DNA of 64,000 nt from a virus (lineage: Duplodnaviria > Caudoviricetes). The notes under the pieces were generated by a model. The model was given only the letters and a program-made list of their open reading frames with translations, did no database searches and had not been told where the DNA came from. The translations under genes were made by a program, and so were the position numbers. Of the stretch, positions 29,717 through 39,107 are shown one piece after another (positions within the stretch are counted from its first letter, which is position 1; the number at the start of each line of letters is the position of its first letter). The stretch lies in the IMG/VR virus record IMGVR_UViG_3300042892_000699; one strand, 5' to 3'.

Positions 29717-32224
29717 ATGAAAGCTATTCAAATAATCTCCCAAGACTTGTTCGATAAAGTCCGCAGTCGTTTCCAAAATTTGGAAATGGGCGACGAAACA
29801 GGTGCTGTAACCATTGATCCTGCAGAGGCAAGATTCTTTGATTTTGACTTTATTAACGAAGGTGTAAATCTAGGCCGTGTGAGCATTAGCCTAAACGATC
29901 TAGGTAGTCTTAAAATATACTACAGTCAAGGCATTACAGAAAATCAAGATGATCCTGCAAAAGGTATGTGGTACGATTTTCTAAAAGAAATGAGACTGTT
30001 TGCAATGCGTAGATTGCTACGTTTTGATACACGCGATATTGCTAAAACAAATTTAGATAAAAATGATTTTCAACATCTTGCAGCAACGCAAGGTACTAAG
30101 GAAGAACCCGAAATGAATACTATGAACGAAACTAAAAAAATTAGAAAAGGTGTATCAGAAAACACTGGTCGTGAACTGACAAATACTCCACGTGATCGGT
30201 TGATATCGAGAATGAGTCCTAGTATTGATAATACCGCATTGATGCAAAAAGTTGGAAAAGTAGTGAATAGTCCAGAATTCAATAGTGATACTATTTTAAA
30301 AATAGTAGATGCTGGAGATTCTATAACACATCCCGTTGGACGTTATATCCAAAAAGAATTTGATGAACTACAATACGACCTAGGTAGACAATATGAGGAT
30401 CATCCCGAAGAAATTGCTGAAAGACTACTATCAATGTTAAAAGATAGAACACAGCAACATATGGGAGAAGGTCTGCAAGAAAGCCGATGGAACCAAAGAA
30501 GTTCTAAAAAAACTAGCCGCGCTGTAAAAGGTGCCACAGAAGTTATTGTTAGACACCACAGTCCAGTAGATGAAATGTATCCAGGCGCACGTAGCCAGAA
30601 GAAAAACATCAAGGCAATTTACATTCAAAATAGAGACGGTGAAAGATTTAAATATCCGTTCATTCATCCAGCTGGCGCATTTGCCATGGCTCAGCACGTT
30701 GACCACGGTGGCGTTCCACACGATCCAGCCGGCAAGGCAATTGTACGTATGAGTGAACAGATTGCCCAATTACAAGAATTCAGCAGACAAGTACAACACA
30801 CTCAATTACATGATGATGCAATGGGCATTAAAGAAAGGGCCGTAGGCCGACTACAAGAATTAAAAGCACAAATTGAATCATTGAGCAAGCGTCATCATTA
30901 TGAAGCATGGACAGCAAGTTTTGTAGAACAAGATGAAACACTAATGGCAGATCTAGATCCTGTCACTATGGAAACATACAAGGCAAAATTTACAGAAACA
31001 AATTTCAAAGAAGATCTAGCAGCATTTTTTCCTCTAATTCACAGCATTATGCAAGAAGCCAATGCTGTTGATCTTGAAGATTTTGTTAATGAAGGAACTT
31101 GTTCCAAATGCGATTGCTCGCCGTGCGAATGCAACGACGACGATAAAGAAGTCAAGGAAAGTGTATTTGACGAATTTACAGAATGGGCAGAAGCGGTTGA
31201 GCAAGGTAAACTAACCGATGATCAAATTCAATCTTTAAAGCAGGCAATGGATGAATTGCCTAACGGTGAGATAGAACTGGGTGTAGACGGTCAAACCGCA
31301 TGGCAATTCTTCAGCAGCTTTGGTTTAGAAGATAGCGACCTCGAAGCAAAATTAAAAGGTGCGTTTGACTTAGATCCTACAACTGATCCTATCGAAGTAT
31401 TACAAGTGTGGGCGCAGGAAAGTTACCCAGAGTTGTTAGTGGCATTAGGACTAACTGGTGCTGCGCCTCAAGAGCCAGCAGCAGAAATGCCGCCTGTAGA
31501 CGCTCCTGCTCCAGAACAACCTCCTGTTGCAGAAGGCAAAGATCCTAAGGCAATGGTACAAGAAGTTGCTAAGATTGTTAAGAGTTTTTACAATCGTGAC
31601 AATCCAGAAGTTGGACCATTCCGTGGCGGTGAAGGCATTGCATTAGATGTTGAAAAACAAATCAGTGAAAAGTTTGGAGAGCAAGCTGGACAACAGGCAA
31701 GACAAATGGCTGAACAATTTATGGAAAAACTAACTATGGAATGGCAACAGCGTCACGGCACACCAGTTAATGGCGATGACGGATTGGCAAGATTAAAAGA
31801 ACTAGTGGGAAACATCAAGGCAAAAGTTGAAGGTAGAGATAGTCATCAAGCTTCTACAACAATGAAGCACGTTGATGCCAGCAATGCCTCTGACACGGAA
31901 AAAGCAGCAATTAGACAAGCATCTAAAGATATCAAACCAGGTGTTAAAGGTTACAGTGACAGGGCAGATGCATTAAAAGCTGCCGGTGTTCCGGACGACC
32001 GCGGTCCGAATGAAAGCGGTCCAGATAAGAGCCAAGTGCCTGCGTACAAACGCAAGGAACAAGGCGGCGACTGGAAGATGTCCACTAAAGATTTAGAAAA
32101 AGAAAAAACCAATAGCCCAACAAGCTCAGCAGGATTAGCCCGTAAAAAAGCAGAACTGGGTCTAGGACAGAACGAATCTACTGACTTAGCAGCAATTATG
32201 AGAATTGCCAACTACAGAAAATAA
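29717..32224 (+). CDS. Large acidic hypothetical protein; putative processed head-internal protein
   Basis: 835 aa, late promoter, segments separated by xxE-S/G motifs (LQES, VNEG, VKES, VAEG, PNES, QNES). Confidence 0.5.
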   Translation: MKAIQIISQDLFDKVRSRFQNLEMGDETGAVTIDPAEARFFDFDFINEGVNLGRVSISLNDLGSLKIYYSQGITENQDDPAKGMWYDFLKEMRLFAMRRLLRFDTRDIAKTNLDKNDFQHLAATQGTKEEPEMNTMNETKKIRKGVSENTGRELTNTPRDRLISRMSPSIDNTALMQKVGKVVNSPEFNSDTILKIVDAGDSITHPVGRYIQKEFDELQYDLGRQYEDHPEEIAERLLSMLKDRTQQHMGEGLQESRWNQRSSKKTSRAVKGATEVIVRHHSPVDEMYPGARSQKKNIKAIYIQNRDGERFKYPFIHPAGAFAMAQHVDHGGVPHDPAGKAIVRMSEQIAQLQEFSRQVQHTQLHDDAMGIKERAVGRLQELKAQIESLSKRHHYEAWTASFVEQDETLMADLDPVTMETYKAKFTETNFKEDLAAFFPLIHSIMQEANAVDLEDFVNEGTCSKCDCSPCECNDDDKEVKESVFDEFTEWAEAVEQGKLTDDQIQSLKQAMDELPNGEIELGVDGQTAWQFFSSFGLEDSDLEAKLKGAFDLDPTTDPIEVLQVWAQESYPELLVALGLTGAAPQEPAAEMPPVDAPAPEQPPVAEGKDPKAMVQEVAKIVKSFYNRDNPEVGPFRGGEGIALDVEKQISEKFGEQAGQQARQMAEQFMEKLTMEWQQRHGTPVNGDDGLARLKELVGNIKAKVEGRDSHQASTTMKHVDASNASDTEKAAIRQASKDIKPGVKGYSDRADALKAAGVPDDRGPNESGPDKSQVPAYKRKEQGGDWKMSTKDLEKEKTNSPTSSAGLARKKAELGLGQNESTDLAAIMRIANYRK

Positions 32225-32274
32225 TTGGCAAAAATAACCGTATTTTCGTAGCCGTATAGGTTGCGATAATAAAT

Positions 32275-32314
32275 AAAACTGTGCATACTAAACACATGCA
32301 CAGTTTTTCTTTTT
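32275..32314 (+). terminator. Perfect 12-bp inverted repeat followed by T-rich tract (terminator or operator)
   Basis: AAAACTGTGCAT-actaaacac-ATGCACAGTTTT then TCTTTTT, upstream of the gp32 gene. Confidence 0.55.
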
Positions 32315-32368
32315 AGTCAGTAGGCTTTAAAGAAGAGGCATAATAAATCAACATTAAGGAAAAACATT

Positions 32369-33379
32369 ATGGCAACATTAGCAGAAATTCGCGCAAAACT
32401 ACAAGCATCTTCACAACAAGGCGGCGGGCAATCCGGCGGCGGTGATAATGCAATTTACCCTCACTGGAACATGCCAGAAGGTTCGACTACAACAGTCCGC
32501 TTCCTTCCTGACGGTGACAGCTCAAATACTTTCTTCTGGATCGAACGTGCAATGATCAAATTGCCATTTGCCGGTGTGAAAGGTGAAACCAATTCCAAGC
32601 CAGTGACTGTTCAAGTCCCATGTATGGAAATGTGGGGCGAGACATGTCCAATTCTTACTGAGGTTCGTCCTTGGTTCAAAGACAAGTCTTTGGAAGATAT
32701 GGGTCGTAAGTACTGGAAGAAGAAGTCATACCTGTTCCAAGGTTTTGTGGGCGAAAGCAAACTACAGGAAGATAAGACTCCTGAAAATCCAATCCGTCGC
32801 TTCATCATCGGCTCACAAATTTTTAACATTGTTAAAAATGCTTTGATGGATAGTGAGATTGAAGAACTACCGACAGACTTGGTTCGTGGTCTTGATTTCA
32901 AGATTGCTAAAACAAGCAAAGGTGGTTATGCTGACTACTCTACTAGCACTTGGGCTCGTCGTGAACGTGCTCTAAGCGATGCAGAAAATGCTGCAATTGC
33001 ACAACATGGATTGTATAATCTAAAAGACTTCTTGCCTAAGAAGCCAGGCGAAGTTGAACTCAAAGTCATGAAAGAAATGTTCGAAGCGTCAGTAGACGGT
33101 GAAGCATTTGATATGGATCGTTGGGGTCAATACTTCAAGCCAGCAGGCTATGGTGGTCGTGACAATGCAGAAGGTGGAGCGGCTAAATCAGCGGCAGCAC
33201 CGGTGGCTAGACCAGCACCAGTACCTGCCGTTGAAGAGCCAGCACCTTGGGAAGATGAAGTTGCAACAGCAGAGAAATCATTCACTCCTCCAGCCGCAAA
33301 AGCTGAGAGCGCAGGTGGGGAGGCATCGAGCAGAGCAGCCGATATCATTGCAATGATTCGTAACCGTCAAAAAGACTAA
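32369..33379 (+). CDS. gp32: Single-stranded DNA-binding protein, T4 gp32-like
   Basis: VRFLPD, CPIL, YWKKKSYLFQGFV, I..II..AL, G.DFKI.KTSKGGYADYS.S.W; Ala/Pro-rich tail. Confidence 0.9.
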   Translation: MATLAEIRAKLQASSQQGGGQSGGGDNAIYPHWNMPEGSTTTVRFLPDGDSSNTFFWIERAMIKLPFAGVKGETNSKPVTVQVPCMEMWGETCPILTEVRPWFKDKSLEDMGRKYWKKKSYLFQGFVGESKLQEDKTPENPIRRFIIGSQIFNIVKNALMDSEIEELPTDLVRGLDFKIAKTSKGGYADYSTSTWARRERALSDAENAAIAQHGLYNLKDFLPKKPGEVELKVMKEMFEASVDGEAFDMDRWGQYFKPAGYGGRDNAEGGAAKSAAAPVARPAPVPAVEEPAPWEDEVATAEKSFTPPAAKAESAGGEASSRAADIIAMIRNRQKD

Positions 33380-33393
33380 TAGGAGAATAGACT

Positions 33394-34461
33394 ATGTCAA
33401 AGGCCTTCGATATTTCGAAGTTCCGCAAGTCTATTACGAAAAGTATTGATGGCTTGGGAATTGGGTTTAACGACCCCACCGATTGGATTTCAACCGGTAA
33501 CTACGCCCTAAACTATCTTATCTCGGGGGACTTCTACAAAGGAGTTCCACTAGGCAAAGTAACAGTTTTTGCGGGCGAATCCGGTGCAGGTAAATCATAT
33601 ATCTGCTCTGGTAACATTATTAAAGCGGCACAAGAACAAGGTATTTTTGTTGTCTTAGTTGACAGCGAAAACGCCCTTGACGAAAAGTGGTTGCTTGATC
33701 TAGGTGTTAATACAAGTGAAGATAAACTTCTAAAACTTAACATGGCTATGATTGACGACGTGGCAAAAACCATTAGTGAATTCATGAAAGAATACAAAAC
33801 CATGCCCGAAGATTCGCGTCCTAAGGTATTATTTGTAATTGATTCATTGGGTATGTTGTTGACTCCTACAGACGTTAATCAGTTCGAAGCAGGCGAGATG
33901 AAAGGTGACATGGGTCGTAAGCCTAAGGCACTTACTTCATTGGTTCGTAACTGTGTAAACATGTTTGGCTCGTGGAATGTAGGTATGGTTTGTACAAATC
34001 ACACATACGCTAGCCAGGATATGTTTGATCCAGATGATAAGATTAGTGGCGGGCAAGGATTTGTCTATGCAAGTTCTATTGTAGTTGCTATGAAGAAACT
34101 CAAACTGAAAACTGACGCTGATGGTAATAAGACTACAACTGTTAACGGTATTCGTGCAGCTTGTAAGATTATGAAAACACGTTATGCAAAGCCGTTCGAG
34201 TCAGTGCAAGTAGAAATTCCGTATACAACTGGCATGAGTCCCTACAGCGGATTGGTTGATTTGTTCGAAGCTAAAAATATGTTGAAGAAAGAAGGCAACA
34301 GTCTTGTTTACACAACAGTCGATGGTGAAATAATCAAACAATTCCGTAAGGCTTGGGAAAAGAACGAAAAAGACGGGCTAACCATTATGATGGAAGATAT
34401 TTCCAAGAATGGAGAAAAAGCCTTAGATCCAATAGCACTTGAAGACAATGAGGAAGCATAA
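33394..34461 (+). CDS. uvsX: RecA-like recombinase UvsX
   Basis: FAGESGAGKS, VDSENALD, VIDSLGML, GDMGRKPKAL, TNHTY..QDMF...ISGGQG..YASS. Confidence 0.95.
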   Translation: MSKAFDISKFRKSITKSIDGLGIGFNDPTDWISTGNYALNYLISGDFYKGVPLGKVTVFAGESGAGKSYICSGNIIKAAQEQGIFVVLVDSENALDEKWLLDLGVNTSEDKLLKLNMAMIDDVAKTISEFMKEYKTMPEDSRPKVLFVIDSLGMLLTPTDVNQFEAGEMKGDMGRKPKALTSLVRNCVNMFGSWNVGMVCTNHTYASQDMFDPDDKISGGQGFVYASSIVVAMKKLKLKTDADGNKTTTVNGIRAACKIMKTRYAKPFESVQVEIPYTTGMSPYSGLVDLFEAKNMLKKEGNSLVYTTVDGEIIKQFRKAWEKNEKDGLTIMMEDISKNGEKALDPIALEDNEEA

Positions 34462-34712
34462 TGGAAGAGCAACTAATCTTTGAAATTTGGGACACATTTA
34501 GAGATCACATTCCTGAAAAGGGCCGTGAATTTGCAGCGTCACAATTTGTTGATTTTTTAGTTAACAAAGATGTCGAAGCTGACACATTAGAAGGACTATT
34601 AGGGTATGATCCACATCTTGACGATGCTATCGAATTAGTAATGAAAGAATTTAATGAAGAAGAAGATGACAGCTTTATTGAAGACGATGATTTCTACGAA
34701 GATGAGGATTAA
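34461..34712 (+). CDS. Small acidic hypothetical protein
   Basis: 83 aa with a D/E-rich C-terminus; TAATG overlap with uvsX. Confidence 0.65.
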   Translation: MEEQLIFEIWDTFRDHIPEKGREFAASQFVDFLVNKDVEADTLEGLLGYDPHLDDAIELVMKEFNEEEDDSFIEDDDFYEDED

Positions 34713-34714
34713 TT

Positions 34715-35170
34715 ATGGGATGGTATTCTAAAGTTAGTAAGGACATTGCTCACTTACCTGACTGCATAGAATACTTTTATAAAGAAATAGATAGTGCAAG
34801 GGCCGAAGTTAAGATCTACGGAAAAGTAGAGAAAGCTTCGGCTTCTTTACCTGGAATTGTTGAACAAAGGTTTAACCAATTGCAGGAAATTGAAGCAGTA
34901 TTAGAATATTTGAACATTGAGTTGCGCCGTATTCGAAGCAAAGCCTTTAAGAAATATCTAGAGAATTATCAAAGAGCACTAAGCAGTCGAGATGTTGAAA
35001 AATACGTCGATGGTGAAGCAGATGTTGTTGATATGGAAAAAATTATCAACGAATTTGCCATGCTGAGAAATCAATGGCTGGGCATTATCAAGGCACTGGA
35101 TATCAAACAGTGGCAACTTAGCAATATTATCAAACTCCGCGCTGCCGGATTGGACGATATTTCCCTCTAA
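34715..35170 (+). CDS. uvsY: Recombination mediator UvsY
   Basis: Helical; FKKYLENYQRALSSRDVEKYVDGE..V...I...ALDIKQWQLSNII; lies between uvsX and uvsW. Confidence 0.8.
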   Translation: MGWYSKVSKDIAHLPDCIEYFYKEIDSARAEVKIYGKVEKASASLPGIVEQRFNQLQEIEAVLEYLNIELRRIRSKAFKKYLENYQRALSSRDVEKYVDGEADVVDMEKIINEFAMLRNQWLGIIKALDIKQWQLSNIIKLRAAGLDDISL

Positions 35171-35172
35171 CT

Positions 35173-35196
35173 AAAAAAGGACTTGCGTCCTTTTTT
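35173..35196. terminator. Bidirectional Rho-independent terminator
   Basis: AAAAAAGGAC-TTGC-GTCCTTTTTT. Confidence 0.8.
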
Positions 35197-35211
35197 GTTT
35201 TCCTGTATAAT
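35183..35211 (+). promoter_or_regulatory. sigma70-like promoter TTGCGT-17-TATAAT, 6 nt before ATG 35218
   Basis: Spacer counted as 17 nt; the -35 lies in the terminator loop. Confidence 0.65.
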
Positions 35212-35217
35212 GTTAGT

Positions 35218-36396
35218 ATGAGTATTGAAGACCTAATTATTCTCCTTGCAATGAAGACCCAAATGAATCCCTATGATTCAAAAATGGTTTGGAGCTTCCA
35301 TGATCAAATTTCTAGAGGTCTTGGATTCACTGAAAAACAGGCAATTCTTGCAGTTCGAATACTGCAAAGACAAAAAGAAAAATTAACGCAGATACTTGGA
35401 CAAGATATCACAAATTTTCTGGAAAATCCCACATATAGAGTACCCCGTAGAACTATCAATTCTAACAAACGAATCTCTGTGATTGCTCATAGTGAATACA
35501 CTAAGGCAATCAAAGTGGAATTTCCTTATAATGAAACCATCTTGGAGAGAATTAGAAAAGAGCGTCCTAATTTGATACACGCGGAATGGGATAAAGATGA
35601 AAAAGCATGGATTTTTGCACTGAACGAACGTAGCATACAATTCCTGATCTCGTTTGTTGAGAAGGACGAGTTCACTGCTGACGAAGAATTTGTTAATTAC
35701 ATTGAGCAAATACTGGCTATTCAAGAAAATCTTGAAAATTTTGTACCTATGGTCAGTTATACCGAAAAAATGCCAAAATTTATCAATGTAAGCCATCGTG
35801 TGCCTCAACCTGAAACCACAGATTTGTTGGACTCGCTATTTTTAGCAAGAAAAGTCGGTATACATACATGGGATGATAGTGTCAGTGAGTACCTGGCTGA
35901 AAATAATATTGAACAATCTGTAATAGATTTCCTAAATGAAAATCCAGGGGTGAATTTTACCGTAAATTTGGAAGAATCTACAATTTACGACATTTCTCGT
36001 ATTGTTAAAAATCTGTCTCCTTGCATGTTTATCATACCGGGCGGCCTGGAGATGGAAAAAATTACAAAAAGTTATGAATTTTTAAAATCACTTGATATCA
36101 CTCCTGAAGAAATGAGTGTGATGTTTAGACTACCTAAAGAAACTGGTGAAAAATTCAATAAATTTATCAAAGACGAGCAACTAAACAATCCCATCACTGA
36201 AAAAACTCGTGCAGTGTTTATCAGCGGCAAGGTACCGAAGACAGTTATCGAATCAAAAATTAAATTCAATTGTGTTGTAAACTTCAGCCTACATAGTGTA
36301 CACTATACAATACGAGAATTTGTGAAAAATCACCATAATGTGATTCACATACTGGACAAAAAACCACAAAGGAATTTTAACTTTGCCATACTGTAA
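35218..36396 (+). CDS. Hypothetical protein
   Basis: 392-aa ORF overlapping the uvsW start; no motif recognised. Confidence 0.7.
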   Translation: MSIEDLIILLAMKTQMNPYDSKMVWSFHDQISRGLGFTEKQAILAVRILQRQKEKLTQILGQDITNFLENPTYRVPRRTINSNKRISVIAHSEYTKAIKVEFPYNETILERIRKERPNLIHAEWDKDEKAWIFALNERSIQFLISFVEKDEFTADEEFVNYIEQILAIQENLENFVPMVSYTEKMPKFINVSHRVPQPETTDLLDSLFLARKVGIHTWDDSVSEYLAENNIEQSVIDFLNENPGVNFTVNLEESTIYDISRIVKNLSPCMFIIPGGLEMEKITKSYEFLKSLDITPEEMSVMFRLPKETGEKFNKFIKDEQLNNPITEKTRAVFISGKVPKTVIESKIKFNCVVNFSLHSVHYTIREFVKNHHNVIHILDKKPQRNFNFAIL

Positions 36397-37876
36397 AATA
36401 ATAATAAAAGACGAGGTCAATGTTAAGATAGAAAATTTAGACCTCGACGCACGAAAGGCTCTGGTCAAGAAATTCAAGTACGAAGACCCCACAGCTAGGT
36501 ATCGTCCAGCCTATAAATTAGGTCGTTGGGACGGCAGTGTTAGTTTTTTCGGATTAGGTGGAACTACCTATCTATCAATGCTACCACAGGTGTTAACATA
36601 TCTTGAGAGTAAAAATTACAACATTGATCTTGAAGATAATCGCAAGCCCATTGCCCTAGATTTTCCTGAAATTTTTGAAGATTTTTGGGGTGATCAGACA
36701 TGGCCCGAAGGTCATCGATTTGCAGGCAAACCTATTAGACTGCGTGACGATCAAGTTGAAGCAGTCAATATGTTTCTTAAAAATCCACAGTGTATTCAAG
36801 AAATTGCAACTGGTTTTGGCAAGACAATAACCACCGCAACTTTATCGAAAATTGTGGAAAAATATGGTCGTACAATAACCATTGTTCCTAACAAAAGTCT
36901 TGTGGAACAAACAGAGGAAGACTTCATTAACTGTAAATTAGATGTAGGTGTTTACTACGGTGACAGAAAAGATCTGAACAAAACGCATACTATTTGCACC
37001 TGGCAAAGTTTGAATATTTTAGACAAAAAATCCAAAGATACCACTGATGAAGAAGTGTTAACTTTAGCAGAATTACTCGAAGGAGTTGCTACAGTTATGG
37101 TTGATGAAGTACACATGGCCAAGGCGGAAGTGTTGAAAAACTTGCTAACCCGAAATCTTGCCAACGCACCAATACGCTGGGGCTTAACTGGTACTGTACC
37201 TAAAGCAGACCACGAATTTCAAAGTTTACGTGCAAGTCTAGGTGAAGTAGTACATCAAGTTCGTGCTCACGAATTACAGGAAAAAGGTGTACTAAGTGAT
37301 TGCCACGTAAACATTATTCAAACGGCAGAGTGGAAAGAATTTAGCGGATATCCTGAGGAGTTAAAATTCCTAGTAACCGATAATGATAGGATGAGTTACA
37401 TATCTACGCTAATTAAAGAGATTGCAAACACTGGCAACACCCTTGTGTTAGTTGATAGAATCGAGTGCGGAGAATTCCTACAAACTCATCTTAGTGGCTT
37501 ATTCAATGTTTTGAAAGAAGAACCGGATGTTGCTTTTATATCTGGTAGAGTAAAAACCAAAGATAGAAAGACTGAATATGACGAAGTTAAAACTGCTACT
37601 AACAAGATTATTGTGGCGACTTACGGTGTGGCCGCTGTTGGTATTAATATCCCTAGGATTTTTAATCTGGTTATGTTGGAGTCCGGAAAGAGCTTTACTC
37701 GCGTTATACAATCAATTGGGCGAGGCATTAGAAAAGCAGACGACAAAGACTTCGTACAAATCTGGGATATTACAGCGTCAACGAAGTATGCAAAGAGACA
37801 CCTTACTGAACGAAAAAAGTTCTATAAGGATGCGAAATATCCATTCGAAATTCAAAAAGTGAAATATAACAAATAA
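36383..37876 (+). CDS. uvsW: SF2 DNA helicase UvsW
   Basis: LRDDQ, ATGFGKT, VDEVH, GLTGT, ATYGVAAVGINIP, QSIGRGIR; TTG start. Confidence 0.9.
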   Translation: MPYCKIIIKDEVNVKIENLDLDARKALVKKFKYEDPTARYRPAYKLGRWDGSVSFFGLGGTTYLSMLPQVLTYLESKNYNIDLEDNRKPIALDFPEIFEDFWGDQTWPEGHRFAGKPIRLRDDQVEAVNMFLKNPQCIQEIATGFGKTITTATLSKIVEKYGRTITIVPNKSLVEQTEEDFINCKLDVGVYYGDRKDLNKTHTICTWQSLNILDKKSKDTTDEEVLTLAELLEGVATVMVDEVHMAKAEVLKNLLTRNLANAPIRWGLTGTVPKADHEFQSLRASLGEVVHQVRAHELQEKGVLSDCHVNIIQTAEWKEFSGYPEELKFLVTDNDRMSYISTLIKEIANTGNTLVLVDRIECGEFLQTHLSGLFNVLKEEPDVAFISGRVKTKDRKTEYDEVKTATNKIIVATYGVAAVGINIPRIFNLVMLESGKSFTRVIQSIGRGIRKADDKDFVQIWDITASTKYAKRHLTERKKFYKDAKYPFEIQKVKYNK

Positions 37877-38379
37877 TGCAAATCTTAACCTTAGAAAACA
37901 AAACATTTTATCTCAACGAATTACCTGAAGAAGTAGACGATGATCTACGATTTTCAGTATTAGATAATAGTGATAATCAAAATCCTGATTACTTTTTTAT
38001 CCCACTAATTTTTCTTGAAAGTTTTACTGGTCCTGCAGCAGTTCTTAAAATAGGTCAGGATGAAATTACTATGCCACTTGATTGGTGTACAATTGTCGGA
38101 GATCCAGAAGGACCAGATATGGAAGTATTGCCATTAACAAGTCTAAATGATAGAGGATTCAAAACATATTGTTTTAATCCACTTAGTAGCTTTAGGCCAG
38201 AATTTCATGAAATTGATATTATTGATGTTTATCAAGATGTTAAATGGTATTTTCCTAAAATGAGGGCTGGGCAACTTTTAACCACACCATTACATGCAGG
38301 CGAAAAACCTTTATGCGCCTATTTTGTTAAAGAAGTTTCTAGACAAAGTGAGATTGTAGATTACACAAGATGTTGGTAA
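37876..38379 (+). CDS. Hypothetical protein
   Basis: 167 aa; TAATG-coupled to uvsW. Confidence 0.7.
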   Translation: MQILTLENKTFYLNELPEEVDDDLRFSVLDNSDNQNPDYFFIPLIFLESFTGPAAVLKIGQDEITMPLDWCTIVGDPEGPDMEVLPLTSLNDRGFKTYCFNPLSSFRPEFHEIDIIDVYQDVKWYFPKMRAGQLLTTPLHAGEKPLCAYFVKEVSRQSEIVDYTRCW

Positions 38380-38380
38380 G

Positions 38381-38662
38381 ATGTCACTAATTTTTGAAAG
38401 TCCGGATAAGGGTAAAACTGTTTATGCTAGAAATGCAGGTTCTACTGAAAAAATGCGGATAGACAGTTCCGGCAATGTAGGAATCGGAACAGGATCACCT
38501 AGGGCATCATTGCATGACGAAATAATGGAAAGTAAATTGTGGGGTGATATTCATCGTGCTGCCAAGTCCGATACTGCTTTACAAGCCGCCCTGGACCGTG
38601 TTAAAATAACATACTACCTTACAGAAGATTACGAAAAAAGATATGGCAACCGCAAAACTTGA
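38381..38662 (+). CDS. Small hypothetical protein containing a tail-fibre-like RIDSSGNVGIGT motif
   Basis: Motif read in the translation; in operon. Confidence 0.65.
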   Translation: MSLIFESPDKGKTVYARNAGSTEKMRIDSSGNVGIGTGSPRASLHDEIMESKLWGDIHRAAKSDTALQAALDRVKITYYLTEDYEKRYGNRKT

Positions 38663-39107
38663 TATTAAGCGTGAACTAAATGCAGTAGACAGTCGCAACT
38701 ATGACTTTTACGAAAACCTCACCGACGAGGAAAAGAAAGCATTCAGTCCTTACATCTTAATGAGGTATACTGCTAATGTGCAAGGTGATCAATCATTGCA
38801 AGAATGGTTCCTAGAAAGGACTAACGAGTATGTTAATAAAAATCATTGGGAATTAAGTAAGAATCATAGACCCTTGTTGTGGAAATTATTTGCAGCAACT
38901 GGTATTGGTTCTAACATGTATCATCCTTATCTTGCCGCAGGTAAAAAGGGCAAAGCAAATAAGATTGAAAAACTGTTAGCTGAAATTTATCCTGCATGGA
39001 AGCTAGATGACATTAAGACGTTAGCTAGCATGATGACTAAGAAAGACATCGACGAACTGTTTGACAAAATGGGTTTTGACAAGAAGCAACGAAAAGATTA
39101 CGAATGA
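38643..39107 (+). CDS. Possible clamp-loader small subunit (T4 gp62-like)
   Basis: FSPYILMRY...NEYVNKNHW helical pattern loosely resembles gp62; replication cluster. Confidence 0.4.
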   Translation: MATAKLDIKRELNAVDSRNYDFYENLTDEEKKAFSPYILMRYTANVQGDQSLQEWFLERTNEYVNKNHWELSKNHRPLLWKLFAATGIGSNMYHPYLAAGKKGKANKIEKLLAEIYPAWKLDDIKTLASMMTKKDIDELFDKMGFDKKQRKDYE

